From the NCBI GenBank assembly GCA_039545335.1, contig BCIN01000003.1, positions 806,001-870,000 of the forward strand: a stretch of 64,000 nucleotides of DNA, in the 5' to 3' direction. The notes under the pieces were generated by a model that was not told the DNA's origin, searched no databases, and saw nothing but the letters and a program-made list of their open reading frames with translations. A program made the translations under genes and the position numbers. Positions 1 through 12,941 of the stretch are shown here, in pieces (the first letter of the stretch is position 1; each line of letters begins with the position of its first letter). Source of the DNA: Kondoa subrosea (Eukaryota).

Positions 1-582
1 GTATAAGATCCAATAGAGCAGCCCGGAGATCAGCTTGTACGGGCATTCAGGCCAATTTCAGGTGAATTGAAGAAACCAGCTTCCTGTCCAGAAGCAGCGA
101 CAATCCTGCACGGACGGCTGATCTTGTGCAACTCTGTGCTAGATTCTTTTGCGACGAGCGGTGTTCAGGTAGGGCGTGAGGTGGCTGTAGCTGACAGACA
201 AGCAAAGCAGAAGAATGGCCAAATTTGGAAGAAGTGGATTAGCATGATCCAACTTGTACTACGCTCTTCTACTGCGTCTTATGATTGTCTGCCTACTCCA
301 TCTTATCTTATCTCTTGTGTCTTCGTCTTTTTGTCGAAATTTCGGACCCATATACAGTAGAGAAAGGCGATATCTCGGAGAACGGCCTACTTCCGCAGTC
401 TTCCAACAAGGCGAGATCTCTGCTTGACCTGCACGATAACCGTCCAGAAGTCTTGTGACTTCAAACATCATACTTCGGCCGGATTGAATCTCAGTTGCAA
501 TCTGGGAAATGGAGTACCCGACTTATCAGGCAGTCAATTGTGTTTCTCTTTCAATTTATCGTAGAAATGCTGAAGAAAATAT

Positions 583-1705
583 TCAAGCCTTTCTCCTCGC
601 AATGACATCTAAAGAAATCCCGCTATCACTCAGAAATGACTGAAGCTTGCGAGGAAGAACTGTAGACACGGCAGCTATAGAATGCCCTCGTTCAACATCG
701 AGCCAGACATGAGATCTGATGTCGGACAAAGCTGAATTGTAGCAAGCCATGACAAACAACTTGAGGTCTTCTTCTACCTGCGTAGCTGCAGTAATTAGGT
801 TTTGAAGGCCGCTCTTACGTAGAGTACGATAGAAACACATCTGGCCTGTCTAGATGAGGCGTCAGCGTGGTATGATTGCACGATGCGAAAACATACGCTC
901 ATCATCCAAATATAAGATCCCAGGCATCTTAAATCTGCCTCGAATTCACCCTGACTCAAGGTTGGTGCTTGCCCAAAATCAGACAAGCGGACAGAAAAAT
1001 CATTCATGATGAGAAGATTGCCCAAATTGATATCGCCATGCATCACATCCTGCTCTGCGAGATATTCGATAGCTGAGAGACAGCTTCGCGCTATATGCTT
1101 GACCAAATTAATATCGAAAGAGCTAATGGTAGATAAGTCCTGCTGTTAGGCTGAGCTTGATGCTTACAATTCGGCGCGCGAAGGACAGTGTATTTTCAAT
1201 TGAGCTTGCTCTTCAGTTTCATACGGTTCCGCAATTTCAATCCATTTGAGCTGTATGAAGATATTAGATGCGTTCTTCAGCAAGCTGACAACTCACATCG
1301 CTCGACGGATAATCTGCTGACCAGATATGATACAGTTGCTGAACACTCAGACAGGCTGGCTCCAATACCAGCACATCTTCCAGATCGGGCAGGATCTCAA
1401 GAAAAGCACGGATGATGAATGGGTGTTGCAGTCTGCCTAGATGATACCGTTCATTTTTCAGGCAAGCCAAGTTCCGATCTTGAGAGAAGAGCTTCATTTC
1501 ATAGCCTCTTACATAGAGAATAAGCTCCAGCATCAGCAAAGGGTAGTCGGACGAACCGATTATTTCTGTTCCGCAGTGCAAATTTGACAGCATAGACCTT
1601 GCTATGATCATTGACATCTTTGGCTGAGTACACATCCGCCGCCGCTCCTTCTCCGATGATCTTCAGCAACTCGATGTTCCTGTTTTTGTTCGTCGTTAAG
1701 TTCAT
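583..1705 (-). CDS. Atypical Ser/Thr protein kinase (multi-exon)
   Basis: Spliced frame gives IIGEGAAADVY (G-loop), YAVK, LQHPFII, HGDINLGNLLI, LSDFGQ and C-terminal IRSHVWL. No APE motif. An alternative start at 1756 is possible. Confidence 0.8.
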
Positions 1706-2298
1706 GATTCGCACAGTCAGCAAATAGAGCTTACTCGATAACGCAAGGAATTTCATCGATCCTATCTGTTCCTATCTTCTCTTCACATTCCACTATCGGA
1801 TCGGCATCGTTCGCTTGCATTAGTAAAAAGGAAGAGCAGGGTACGAGCAAGAATTAGATAAAGCGAGTGAGTAAGCTGACAAATTGCATAGCCAATTCGC
1901 TTATGTCTTCCCGGCAGCGAATCAAATCGTAAGCTTCTTACATAGCCCAAAACATAACTGAAAGACAAGAGGGACATTCTGTCGCACAGCCGGGGGCCAA
2001 ACAATGAAGTAAGTTTGACGGAGATGGTAAGACGGAAGCGAAGATGAATTAGCAAAGCAAGAGATGGTTGAAAAAAGAAAGCAGGAAGAAACAGAATAGA
2101 GCAGAAAAGTATGGTATTATCGTTAAGGTATATGCATGTTGTCCATCATTTGCTTCTTCCGGTTTTCTTCCTGATCAGATCAATCTCTTCTCTCGTCTTC
2201 GCCTTTCAACCTTCTCGTCCTTTGAGCAACCGCGTAAATTTCTTTCTCTCTATTTCGCATCGCAACCGCAAAAGCTGTCAATCAAAGAGAAGGTCCAG

Positions 2299-3440
2299 TC
2301 AGTGATATGACCGAGACTTTCCACCTGACTGACCTGCTCCGGGACCACAAGTAATCAGTAGCACGACTCTAGCTTTATAACTACATTCTTCCTCCTTGAC
2401 CACAAACAAAGTCCACAAAAGCGCTCCAGTCCAACCGAGTACGTAGTCGAGTAATAGAAGTACATAAGAATTATGTATTTGATCTACTTTCTCGACCAGA
2501 CTAGGGCAATAAGCTGATATGAATTGAGAAGTGGAGAAAAGATAGATGAGAAAAGATAGGTGAATACCGGCTGAGAGAAAACCTGCTAGTCTATACAAAA
2601 GACGAAGGTGATTCCAACTTGATTGCGAATCTTTTAAACCCGTCTTCCGAGGTGTGAAACGTGTTAGGATGAAGTAGAGTAGTGAAATGCCGAAATAGAA
2701 TGGTTGCCAAATTGCTACAATCCGTTGATGTGTGTTGGCGGAGAAGATTTGAAAGGGGTTAAAGAGGAAGATCGTTGGTATGATGAAAGCAAAGAATATT
2801 GCCGGTGCTAGAGCTTTGACTTGATATGATGCGATTGGTGTAGGAGGACTCTTCTTGGCTGTTCGAGCCGCCACATAAGCGTAGATGGGCATAATCAGGG
2901 CAAAAGAGAAGTTTTGCATCGCAGCAAGCCGAGGGATTGCACTGTGAGATTGGTCAGCCTTTCAACTTCCGACCGAAGGCTTGAGCCACAACACTCACAA
3001 GTTGAGCAATGTCCGTGAATTAGAAGATCTGATGCTCTCCACATATACAGCCAGCACAACAGGCAGGCAAGACGTCTGCAACCTTGATCAGCAGGCCGTG
3101 ATATACACGACAGCAGAGGCGGACGAGAAAATCTAGCACGAAGAAGCGATGCAGAGTACTAGCATTAGGCCCAATGATGGCCCAGAAGAATGTGACCTGC
3201 GCTGGAATCAGGTCAACTCGTTCAGAGATTACTGCTGAAGCTTGCCTGATTTTTGAGCGGGGTGTCAAAGCTAGTGACACCGGTGTATGAATCGGAGAGC
3301 CTATTAACGCTGTCGTTGGCTAGCCTGCCTTTCGCGACATTTGACTGATGAAAATCGAAGAGTCCATCCTGCACGCCTTGATACACAAAGCCAACGAACA
3401 AAGCCAAAGGAATTAAGACCAGGGCTTTAGATATGGCCAT
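2299..3440 (-). CDS. Multi-pass membrane protein, CtvD/AurD/PaxA-like
   Basis: Several hydrophobic helices. N-terminal YTGVTSFDTPLKNQ|VTFFW after a GC-AG intron at 3245-3197. Also IVAIWQPF and C-terminal LLLDY...W...GPGA. Family assigned from motif memory; the 3' end may splice further. Confidence 0.55.
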
Positions 3441-3542
3441 CGAAGATCCCTTAGCAGTGATATGTAGCAGCCTTTCGGTATAAACTTTGGTCGCACTTGG
3501 ACAAGCTTCACTTTCATAAAATCAGCTTGCTCCTGCTCAACG

Positions 3543-4547
3543 ATGGCCACGCTTTTCGACAACAATCCATACAGTCAAGGAGGATACGGCGGTTATGGCC
3601 AGAATCAGGCAGATCTACAGTTCTATTCATCGTCAGGCGGAAGTCAAGGAGTAGATGATTATTCGAGGCCATCGTTAGAGGGTAATGTAGGATCTGGTGG
3701 CATTACAAGTGGTGGATACGCACAAGGACAAATTCAGGGTGTGTCCCTGCTGGAATTCCTGCTATATAGGACGAGAGAGATTGATTTGCAGCGAGTAGGA
3801 GGTTTCTGGAGCGCTTTCACAGCATCAGGCTACCCTGATGAACCACCTCTCATGGAAGGTGAGCTGCTCTTTACCAATGTCACACGCGTAGGAACTGATT
3901 CTGTGAGCCAATTAAGAATTGGGTATCAACTTTGGTCACATCAAGTCAAAGTCTTTCGCTGCCATGAACCCTTTCACCACTCCAGACCAGCACATAATGG
4001 ACGACACAGATCTGGCTGGTCCTCTGATCTATTGTTTCTGCTTTGGCATGTTCTTACTCTTTGTGAGTTTCTCGCTCTAGTGTTACGCGAAGCGTGTACT
4101 AACATAGAACACAGTCAGGCAAGCCTCAATTCGGCTATATATATGGTGTAGGACTGTTAGGCGTCTTGGCCATTTATTTCCTTCTCAATCTTATGTCGCC
4201 AACTGGAATCAACGTGAATCGCGTAGCAAGCGTCTTAGGTTACTGTCTTCTTCCATTGGTGTTGATGTCGTTCCTATCTGTATGCGTGAGTATGGAGTAC
4301 GTCTTGCTTACATCCCATTTGAGAGTGTCGACTTACTGCGGTACAAAATAGCGGTCTGATAGGCTACATCTTCTCTTCCCTCTCTATCATATGGTGTTCT
4401 TATTCAGCATCAGGCATCTTCGTCTCAGTACTGCAAATGTCACAGCAAAGATTACTGGTCGCCTATCCTGTTGGACTTTTTTACGCTTCGTTTGGGTTAC
4501 TGTCCATCTTTAATTTCCAATCTGGCAAGATCGGGGTAAAACAGTAG
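3543..4547 (+). CDS. YIP1: Yip1-domain ER/Golgi trafficking protein
   Basis: DEPPLMEELGINFGHI, IMDDTDLAGPL, GKPQFGYIYG, VASVLGYCLLPLV, QRLLVAYPVGLFY. Stop TAG at 4545-4547. Confidence 0.95.
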
Positions 4548-4619
4548 AGAGAAATTACACAATGAAAACTGGGTATAGAAATTGCATGCATGATCTTTAT
4601 CAACAAAAGGGGAATTTCT

Positions 4620-5188
4620 TTAAGCTACTTTAGCAGCTGGACTAACACCTGGTACTTCACCCTCAATTTGATCTTTACTACCTTGAGTAGGTGGAACTTC
4701 ATCTTTCTCTAACACACCCTTTTCTACCAGTTCATCAATAGTAGGTCTTCTTTGAATAGCATTTGAAAGTGAATCCTTGGCATTACGTAAGCAGATTACA
4801 ACCGCGTCTATGTAATGAATGGATAACTCACCTCAAGTTGGCTCTTCTTGAGCTCTTGTTGCTTTGCTACTAGACTGTTGACAGTACTGAGTCAGGTTAA
4901 TTTGAAAGCGGGAGATTCCTACGTACGAGGGTGCGAGGCTAGAAGGTGCTTGCAGAACATTGTGAGCCAACAGTTCTTGCTCTTTGGGTCGCTGAGGACT
5001 GTCACTGATATTAGAACTAGAAATTCAGTACGAAGAGACGCTTACAGTAGTTTCTCGAGCTTGGCTCCTGCATTAGAAGGTGAAATAGGAGACTCGTCTT
5101 TTGTGGGAGAGGGAGGCAGAGAGGCAGTTTCGATGGCTGGCAAGCAGTCAGATGTATTCTAGACGTATAAGAGAGACTTACTAGTCAT
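4620..5188 (-). CDS. Small RPEL-repeat protein
   Basis: Spliced exons give two RPEL motifs: SQRPKEQELLAHNVL and IQRRPTIDELVEKGVL. Missed by the ORF track because the exons are short. Confidence 0.85.
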
Positions 5189-5394
5189 GTTCCGGGTCGT
5201 TGTTAAGTGAAGAAGGAAGGTCAATGAGTGGAGAAATCTGAGACACGGTCGACGCGAGAATGAACGCGCAATATCAAAGGCAAAGCTCTCTTCCTGGGTT
5301 TGCTCCTAGAGATCACTGATTATTGCAGGCACTAAGCGACGGCTCGCAATTTCTGATTGTATCACACTGAACATGATAATGCATACATCCCGAA

Positions 5395-8300
5395 TTACTT
5401 CTTCGTATTGATCGGCAAAGCAAAGCCATTCCTCCATCTGAGATATGCGGGTAGATTAGGGTCGATGACTTCTTCCTCTATCACGTCTTCTTCCTTTGAA
5501 GGTAGACTCTTTCTAGTTTTTCTGCCTTTCGGCTGTTGCACTACCGGAACAGGAGTTGGAAGTGGTAGCGGCGTAGGAGGAGCCTGTAGATCTCGAAGTC
5601 TTCTCTTTGCTCCACCAATCAAGTATGGTCGCCATTCTTTGAGGTCAGCCTTCAGGGCGTACTCGCGTGTGCCTTTGCTATTGAGCCAGGAGAGAAGTGT
5701 TTCGAGCTACGAATCAAGTCAGACGGGATCCGGAGTATCGAAAAGATTGCTGACCTCCTCATCCGTGTTCAGGTACGCCCATTCATTGATGTCGAGAATC
5801 GCTGCTTGACTTCCCTCTTCGCGCACTCTTCGCTTTTTCAGACCTTCCTCTCCTTCAGGTCCTTGCAAATCACAAGCGGTAATCCAATCTTCAGCACTTG
5901 GTCCTTGTACAAACAATCGACCAGTTCCGTAAACGGGTTTCCCATCTTCGCTAAGCAATTCTTGAGTACCAATACCGTCAAAGTACCAATATCGATTGAA
6001 GAATCGATCTTTGCCTAAGGGTTTCACTCGAAGAACTTGCTGATGTCTCCTGAATTCCCGCTCAGTCTGTTCGTCTCTCGCTTGAACAGCAATCAGACCA
6101 TCTTCGATCCTTTGCTTTTCCGGAACAGGTTTAGGAGTTGGAGCGACTGGAGGAGTTTCTTCTTTCGCTTTCCCTTTCTTGTTGCGAGAAGCAGGAGTAG
6201 ACTTAGCTCCAGCTGGATTTGAGCCTCGAGTGCTGGCTGGCTTGTTTGATGCAGCTGGAGTAGACTGAGCAGGTTCATCAGCAATAGATCCATTTGTAGA
6301 AGCTAGTTCATCAACATCGCTGGCGACTTCTTCTTCTTCGTGATGGCCATTGGTAACCAAAGTGGGCTTGGTTTCGTCTAGGTCCATTTCCATCGCTGGC
6401 GTTGCATTGCGAGGCGTACCCAACTTAACAACGAGACTTGTTTGTTCGGCTGGTTCGGCTTTAGCAGCGGTCTCTAAAGCTGCCTTCTCAGCCGTTCTGC
6501 AGGAGAACCCGTTCAGTCATCTTTATCTACCTACACACTCAAGTCACTCACAGCGTTCTTCTGTCTTTATTCACTTCAATTCTACTCTTCCTCAGTTCGG
6601 TCAAGGCATTCTCGCAGTCATCAATATACGAGCGAATGGCTTTCGAGTTGATGACGAATTCGCATAAGAAGGAAAGAATCGCCAGCTTATGAGAGAGAGG
6701 CAGGGTAGGATAAGCTTCAGCAGGTCCATTCTCCTCCTCTGGATCTTCGCCATGTTCCGAAGAAATCTCGCTAGCTGCACTTTCGAGGTTGGTCAATTCT
6801 GAGATGCCAGTGTCAGGTGGATCTGCCATGATATTCTCTGCATCGTAAGCAAAGAGATGTCGTAGAATACTTGGCAGTTCAGGGACCGTTTCGATAGCTC
6901 CTCGCTACTTTACCGGTCAGCAAAGTGTAATCTTACAGTAAAGAATGCTTACCTGTATAAGACAACCTATCAAGTATCTCTCCCATCCTTCTCTTCCAGT
7001 AGCAGTGTTCAATCTCTTTGATCTGTCCCATTTCCGAGAATACTCTAAAGCTTTTCTAACGAATCTTTCTTTCTGAACCGTACTCATTGGATCTTGGCCT
7101 TCAATCTCTGTTGAAGGCTGGAAGAAAGGAGGTACGCCGCCAGTAACAGAAGCAGAGCGAGTTCCAGGTATGCGAGAATTCTCGTTGATGACCAAAGTAA
7201 GAAGACAAGCGTGGATTTCTGCAATAAGATTGCATGAAATTTCTGGGTTGTCGTGCTTCAATGCAGCTTCAAATTCATCTAAAGTGAAATTGGCAAGAAA
7301 TAGGGGCCAGCTACAGGAGGATGAGATTAAGCGCAGCTGACATTTTGAAAAGCTTACCCAAAGATGTTAAGTGTATTCCAAACATGAAGAAACGAGTCGA
7401 AAAGTTCTTTTGCTACTGGAAGATCACGAGACAAGATCGGTTTGGCAGGTAAGTCCGGCAAATCTGCGCCCGCTTTTCGCATAGATCGACCATCGATGAT
7501 AGTGTATGGATCAAGAGTTAGATCTTCTGTTGGATACTTGACAGCAGCTCGTTTGACAGCAGCAGCTGGTTTTGCGGGTTCTTCAGGTTCAACACCCAGG
7601 ATTTCATCAAGCGTCTCTTCGAGGTTGTTGTGCGTAGTATTTGCAGCACTCGCTCGACCTGGATCCAGATCAGTATCAAGATCCGTGTGAGGGATAGCGA
7701 CTCACTTCTCTGGCGTTTGGCAGTAGGATAGTCATCGTTGCTGATCTTCTTTCTCTTAGCCAAAGCTCCGTCTCGAATATCCTTGTTTCTCGCAGCGATA
7801 CCAGCAGGTGGATTTAGAGGCAGGCCATATTGTTGCGCTAATCTAGGTTTGACCATCCAAGGCGAACCAACACCAGGGTCCCGAGTGACGCATTCTTTGA
7901 GGTAACGTTTCAAAATAGATTTCGAGAAGGCCAAACGATCTCGATTAAGTTGCTGTTTTTGTGCTTCCATGAAGCTACCTCGATACTTGCTGTGTTCGCC
8001 AATTAATTGAACAGTGTACCGATATTGATCTGATGGGTCGATTGAGAGGACTTCGTCTATTGACACATTGAGGTCAGTCGCGAGGTAGTGTCCCATTCGA
8101 TTGACAGTATCGGTAGAAAGGGGTTGAGGAGCAAGTAAGCTTTGACCTCCGGGTGTGATAAGCGTTGAAGCGGTAGCGGCAAGGGAATCGCGCTGGTATC
8201 TATCGCGAAGAGTTTGAGGTGGTACTACAGCCGTGATGAGGCATAGTTGTCTATCATGAGGAATGAGATCATTCACGCGTGGAAATCTCCGTATAAACTC

Positions 8301-8806
8301 ACTTATCGCCTGACACATCAACCAAGCAAGTCTCGCCGAAGAAATAGCGATCTTTGTATCGCTCAAAGATCAAGTCGATCAGACTATCGAGTCGTGGAAT
8401 GATCTCTGTATACAAATGAGAGCCATCCAACACAAATGAACAAAGGGAACGAACGGAATTGGATGGTCTTGAGGATTCGACCCTTTAAGAAGTCTGGGAA
8501 CCGACTGTTGGTAATTTCTCTCTCGCGACGTTCTGAATTGAGAGCTGTATAGTAGTCTAATCCAGTCTTGCCTGTCGCTTCACATGCAAAGATCTTCTGA
8601 AGATAGAAAGAAATGCGGTTTGAGTATGATCTAGAGAAAGAATGAGTTTTTAGGAGATCCAAAGAACATGCCGCATACATGAAGTCTAGGAAAATTTCGC
8701 CAGTAGCTTGCAGATAGAAGACCTCAGCTTCAGGAGGCAAGGTATTGTTGGTGATCTCATCAGGTAGCGGGATCAATGGAACGGGCTTCCTCTTGAGAGT
8801 CGGCAT
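5395..8806 (-). CDS. ITC1: ISWI chromatin-remodelling subunit (Itc1/ACF1/BAZ1A-like; WAC, DDT, WHIM, WSD)
   Basis: WAC: VFYLQATGEIF...FACEATGKTGLDYYTALNSE. Also RDRLAFSKSILKRYL. DDT: WNTLNIFG/FTLDEFEAALKH. WHIM1: KLAILSFLC. WSD: PLGKDRFFNRYWYFDG, and WLNSKGTRE. Confidence 0.9.
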
Positions 8807-9608
8807 TGTATAGAGCTCGAGAAAGGCTCAGATGGAAGATTTGGTATGTTCGAAAGGGTGCGCCCCAGGGCTAAGCCGATTATAAGAGCGATCTCTTATG
8901 GATGAGAAAACAAGTTTAGCGAAAGAAGGCAAGTGTTCTGAATGCTTGCAGTGGTCGCTGAGCGTCTTGGGTGAAGACAAAACCGAACCAGAAGTGATGT
9001 GTAAAGTTGTATGAGAAGCTAGCTTCGTACGGCGGCTGGAAACTTGCTTTTGATGTTCAAACGAGGTGAGAGCTGATCTGATTTGTAGGATGTGATATTT
9101 CTGATAGCTGCCACCGCGTAGTGCCGTCGTGCTCGACCAGTATGGCTCAACGCCCGAGCTTGAGGCTGTTGAGAAAGAGAAGACTTCGAGTCCAGCTTCG
9201 ACTCAGCTCAACTTGCGCCGGCGATTCCTTTGTTCACCGGTGCTCTGTACATCGCTGTGGGCTAGAGAACGACGCCTGAGGCTATCGATCATGCTATAAA
9301 GACCAGCAAGTCGTGCTTCCGAGAGGGTGTTGCCTAGCATTCCACGTTCTTTTGCTTTTTTCTGCTTTTCTGTCTATATTGCCCTATGCTTCTGGAAGAT
9401 ACCTCGTACTACCCCTAGGGAGCCTTTGTGTCGCGTGTTCTTGACATACACGAGGGAAGCGCGCCTGACTGACGAAATGGCCAGACTCAGGGCGCACCTC
9501 ATTAGCACGCTAAGAGTCCACTACTAAGCAAGGCTGATCTATTCTCGTCGTACTGCTCTTTCATTCTCACAACCACTGTCTACACCTCATATTCAAGCAA
9601 TCAAAATA

Positions 9609-10506
9609 ATGAGCACATATTCGTTGCCGAGAGATAGTGTAGAAACGCAGAGGTCAGTCTGAAGGTTGTAGTCCCGTACTGACCAGCTGCTGATTTTCTG
9701 AGACTAGACTGAATTCTCAGCATCGCTGGCTTCTGAGCTGTTTCAACGATAAAGCAATTCATCCCGAAATCACAACGAAACTTCCTTCTGATGCTAAAGT
9801 CCTCGATTGCGGGACTGGTAGCAGTATCTGGCTCTCTGAAGTTCCTTCAACTTGCGAACGTGTTGGCTGCGACTTCTCAACTGCTCAATTCCCAGCCGAA
9901 AGCGATCGCAATGGCATCATTTTGTTCGAGCAAGATGTAACGAAACCCTTTCCTGATGAGCATCATAGCAAGTACGATCTAGTCCAACAACGCTTGCTGG
10001 TCTTTGGATTGGACAGAACTACATGGCCGACAGCAATTCAGAACCTAAAAACTATTCTCAAGCCTGGAGGATATATTCAACTCGTGGAAGTTAATGCCTA
10101 CATTACGGGCGAATCTCCTCTTCTGGAAGATGCGAAGAACATTATTCTCAGCCTTGGTCAAATGACTAATCGAGAGGTCAATGTTGCAGATGCTCTTCCA
10201 GGATTATTGAAAGATGCAGGATTTGAGCAAGTGAAGGCATGGAATGTTCAAGCTCCAATAGGGAAGGAAGCTGAGAATCAAGGCAAGAGCAAAGAAATCG
10301 CTCACATATCGGCTGAGAACTTTCCTGCGATCATGCAAGGCTTACATGCAGCTTTCAAGAAAGCTGGGAAATTGGATGCTTTGCCGGAAGATTTGCAAGA
10401 TGAACAGAAGTACAGAGAGTTCATGGAGGGTCTACGCGAGCTGCTCAAGAGTGAAGGAGGATTTGTGCCTTTGTCAATGGTCATCGGCCGGAAAGCCCAG
10501 CACTAA
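9609..10506 (+). CDS. SAM-dependent methyltransferase (LaeA-like class I)
   Basis: ETQR|LNSQH across an intron starting at 9653. Motif I VLDCGTGSSIW, then YDLVQQR and LKPGGYIQLVE. Confidence 0.9.
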
Positions 10507-11041
10507 AAGACATTCGATGTATTTCTAGCTATCATCTCATTACTGTAACTTCCATGTAATTTTATCAGCTGGCCGTGTGTCGCATCAAAAGTCGGAAGTT
10601 GTATGCTTGCTGTATCGCAACAGCTAACTCTCTTCTCAGGCCCTAGAATAGTTTCTCTCGAGCTCACTCCTTGCCCGTTCACCTTTGATGCTGTATTTCT
10701 GCCTGCATCGCTTCTGTCCGTTCCGAGTCATTCCTTGTCGTGATCCATCGAATCTCCAAAGAAAATACCTCACGCCGCTGGCTGGCTCCCGCGGCTGCTC
10801 ATGCTATTCTTGTACCTCGTAAAGATGATACATCCTGCCAGCGCTGCTCTATCGCGCTATCCAGTCAGGCACCAAATCATGTAGTCTTGTGCACTTTCCG
10901 ATTTCAGCAATTCATTTGCACCCAGTTGTGACAGAGGGTGGACTGCCACCTTCTCGATAGCTCCTCTCTTCTTTCTGTATAATCATCAACTCGCTGCGTT
11001 TTGTCAAAGTACTTAATAAAGATCAAAACTCAATTACAAGT

Positions 11042-12941
11042 ATGCAACCAACCATGGCATCACCTTTGGCGGGAATGTGCAATTTACAAGTCCACCCTTT
11101 TCGACACCACTGTGTGCGCGACTTTGCCTATGTCGCTCCTCCTTGGATTGAGTTTTCCGAGTTTGACACTGCCGGTTGGGTCTACCTCGCGGTAATGACT
11201 ACTCTTTTATCCTTGATCGTCTACTATATGGCATTGGCTTTATTGGAGGAGTGGGCTGCTATGGATTTCAAGAAGGATTACGTTGATCCGGTTTATCGAA
11301 TCATCGTAAGCCTGCATTCCTTCTTTTATGATTGTGGAATGTAGTCTTGACACTCTTCTGTTACAGAGCTTGTTTCTCGCACACGACTATACGGAAGCTT
11401 TCCTCGTCGAATTCCAAACCGTTGAAGATGAAGTTGCACAGGAGGCATTGATTGTCGAAGAAGTCGCAATCGAAGCTTCCCCAGCCGCGTCTCCTTCAAA
11501 ATCAGCTTCAAATGAGGATGAAGATTCCTTCCTATTTGATCCTATGGACCTTGATGACCCGGAAGAGATGGGAGATGTCTTTTCTGCTCCACTCAGCCTT
11601 TCAACCCTGGAAGAGGTTCATGTCCTCAAATTGCAAGTCGTCAATCTTGAGCAGCAATTAGAACTTGCTTCTGCTATCAATGCTGAGAAGGTCGACAAGG
11701 CGGAACTCGAGCAAATTGCCGGAGACTTCGCTATCTACCGCAAAGTCAAGCACAATGTTTCACAGAAGCTCTTCACTGCTCAAGCTGAAATCGTATTCAA
11801 GCGAGCTCGCAATACCGAATTGGTCGCTCAACTCGAATCTGCTCAAGCTCAAATCGCGAGCTTCACAGCCGAACTAGCTACCAAATCCACCGAAATCGAA
11901 GAACAACAAGCTACAATCTCTTCTCAGCAATCCATCCTAGCCTCTAATGCAACGAAGATAACTGAACAAGAAGTTCTTCTTTCAAGCAAAGACGCTGAAA
12001 TTATTCAGCTGAGAGCCTCACTCGTTTCTTCCCAATCCGCTCAAGTCAACGCTAGCGTCGAGGCAGAGAAAGTCGTTCAAGACCTTTCACAGAAAGTAGT
12101 CAAAGCTGAAGAAGCAAACAGGGTGCAAAAGGTAGCTGCAAGCGCTAAGGATAAGGAAATGGTCGACCTGAAGGAGGACCTCAAGAGTTTGGAAAAGGAT
12201 AAGGAAGCTTACTTGAAAGCTATCGGCATGTTCACTTCTATCTACAAGCCTGCTGTGAGTTTGATTACTTCCCTTGGTTGCGAGACTTCTTACTGACGAG
12301 CTGTATTCTAGATCATGCCTATTGACATCGCCAACCACTTCTTTGGCGACAAAGCTGAAGCCCTACTAAAACCATCTTTGACTGATGCGGCCGATTTGGA
12401 AGCAGCAGTTAAGAGCATCAACAAGCAATTTCTCAGAGTCAAGCAAGCTACTCATCCAGACAAGTTCCCTAAAGCGATCAAGGAGCACATGGATAGCCTC
12501 AGCTACCTCACTGAAGCAGCTCAGAATGTCATTATTGCTGACCTTAATTTGCGAATCTAAACTATCCAAGCTGGTCCAGGACTTCAACGAGCAATCGCCA
12601 AATGCTACACTGTTGATCCCAATACTGGTTTCTTTGCTGGCTACAAGACTATTGCAGAAGCTCTTTACTACGCAAGAGATTTCTATGCCAAGAAAGGCAG
12701 TGGCAGTGGATTGACTGAATGGACTTCAGCTCATCGCAACTTTTTGGCTCGCTTACGCGAACAGAACTTCAATTCACCTGCTCATACTCAAGCTTTCGAA
12801 GCTCTGCATCCTTGCTATGGCTGGACTCCTTCTGTTACAGAAATGGAACAAATTGTTCAACAGAATGAGTTCACCTTTGAAGGTCCTGAAGAAGTCGAGA
12901 TCGATGAGCGATGCAAAGAAGATCGCCAAGAAGATGCTTGA
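11042..12941 (+). pseudogene. TM + coiled-coil + HPD (J-domain-like) protein with one in-frame TAA at 12558-12560
   Basis: Phase-0 introns at 11306-11366 and 12255-12311 join three ORFs. Features: hydrophobic helix, long coiled coil, KQATHPDKFP. The same frame continues after the TAA to 12941. It may instead be a functional shorter gene ending at 12560. Confidence 0.55.

Noticed and set aside
12558..12560. A-to-I editing rescue of the premature stop
   Set aside because: TAA would need two edits to become Trp, and such editing is known mainly from filamentous ascomycete sexual stages. There is no supporting evidence here.
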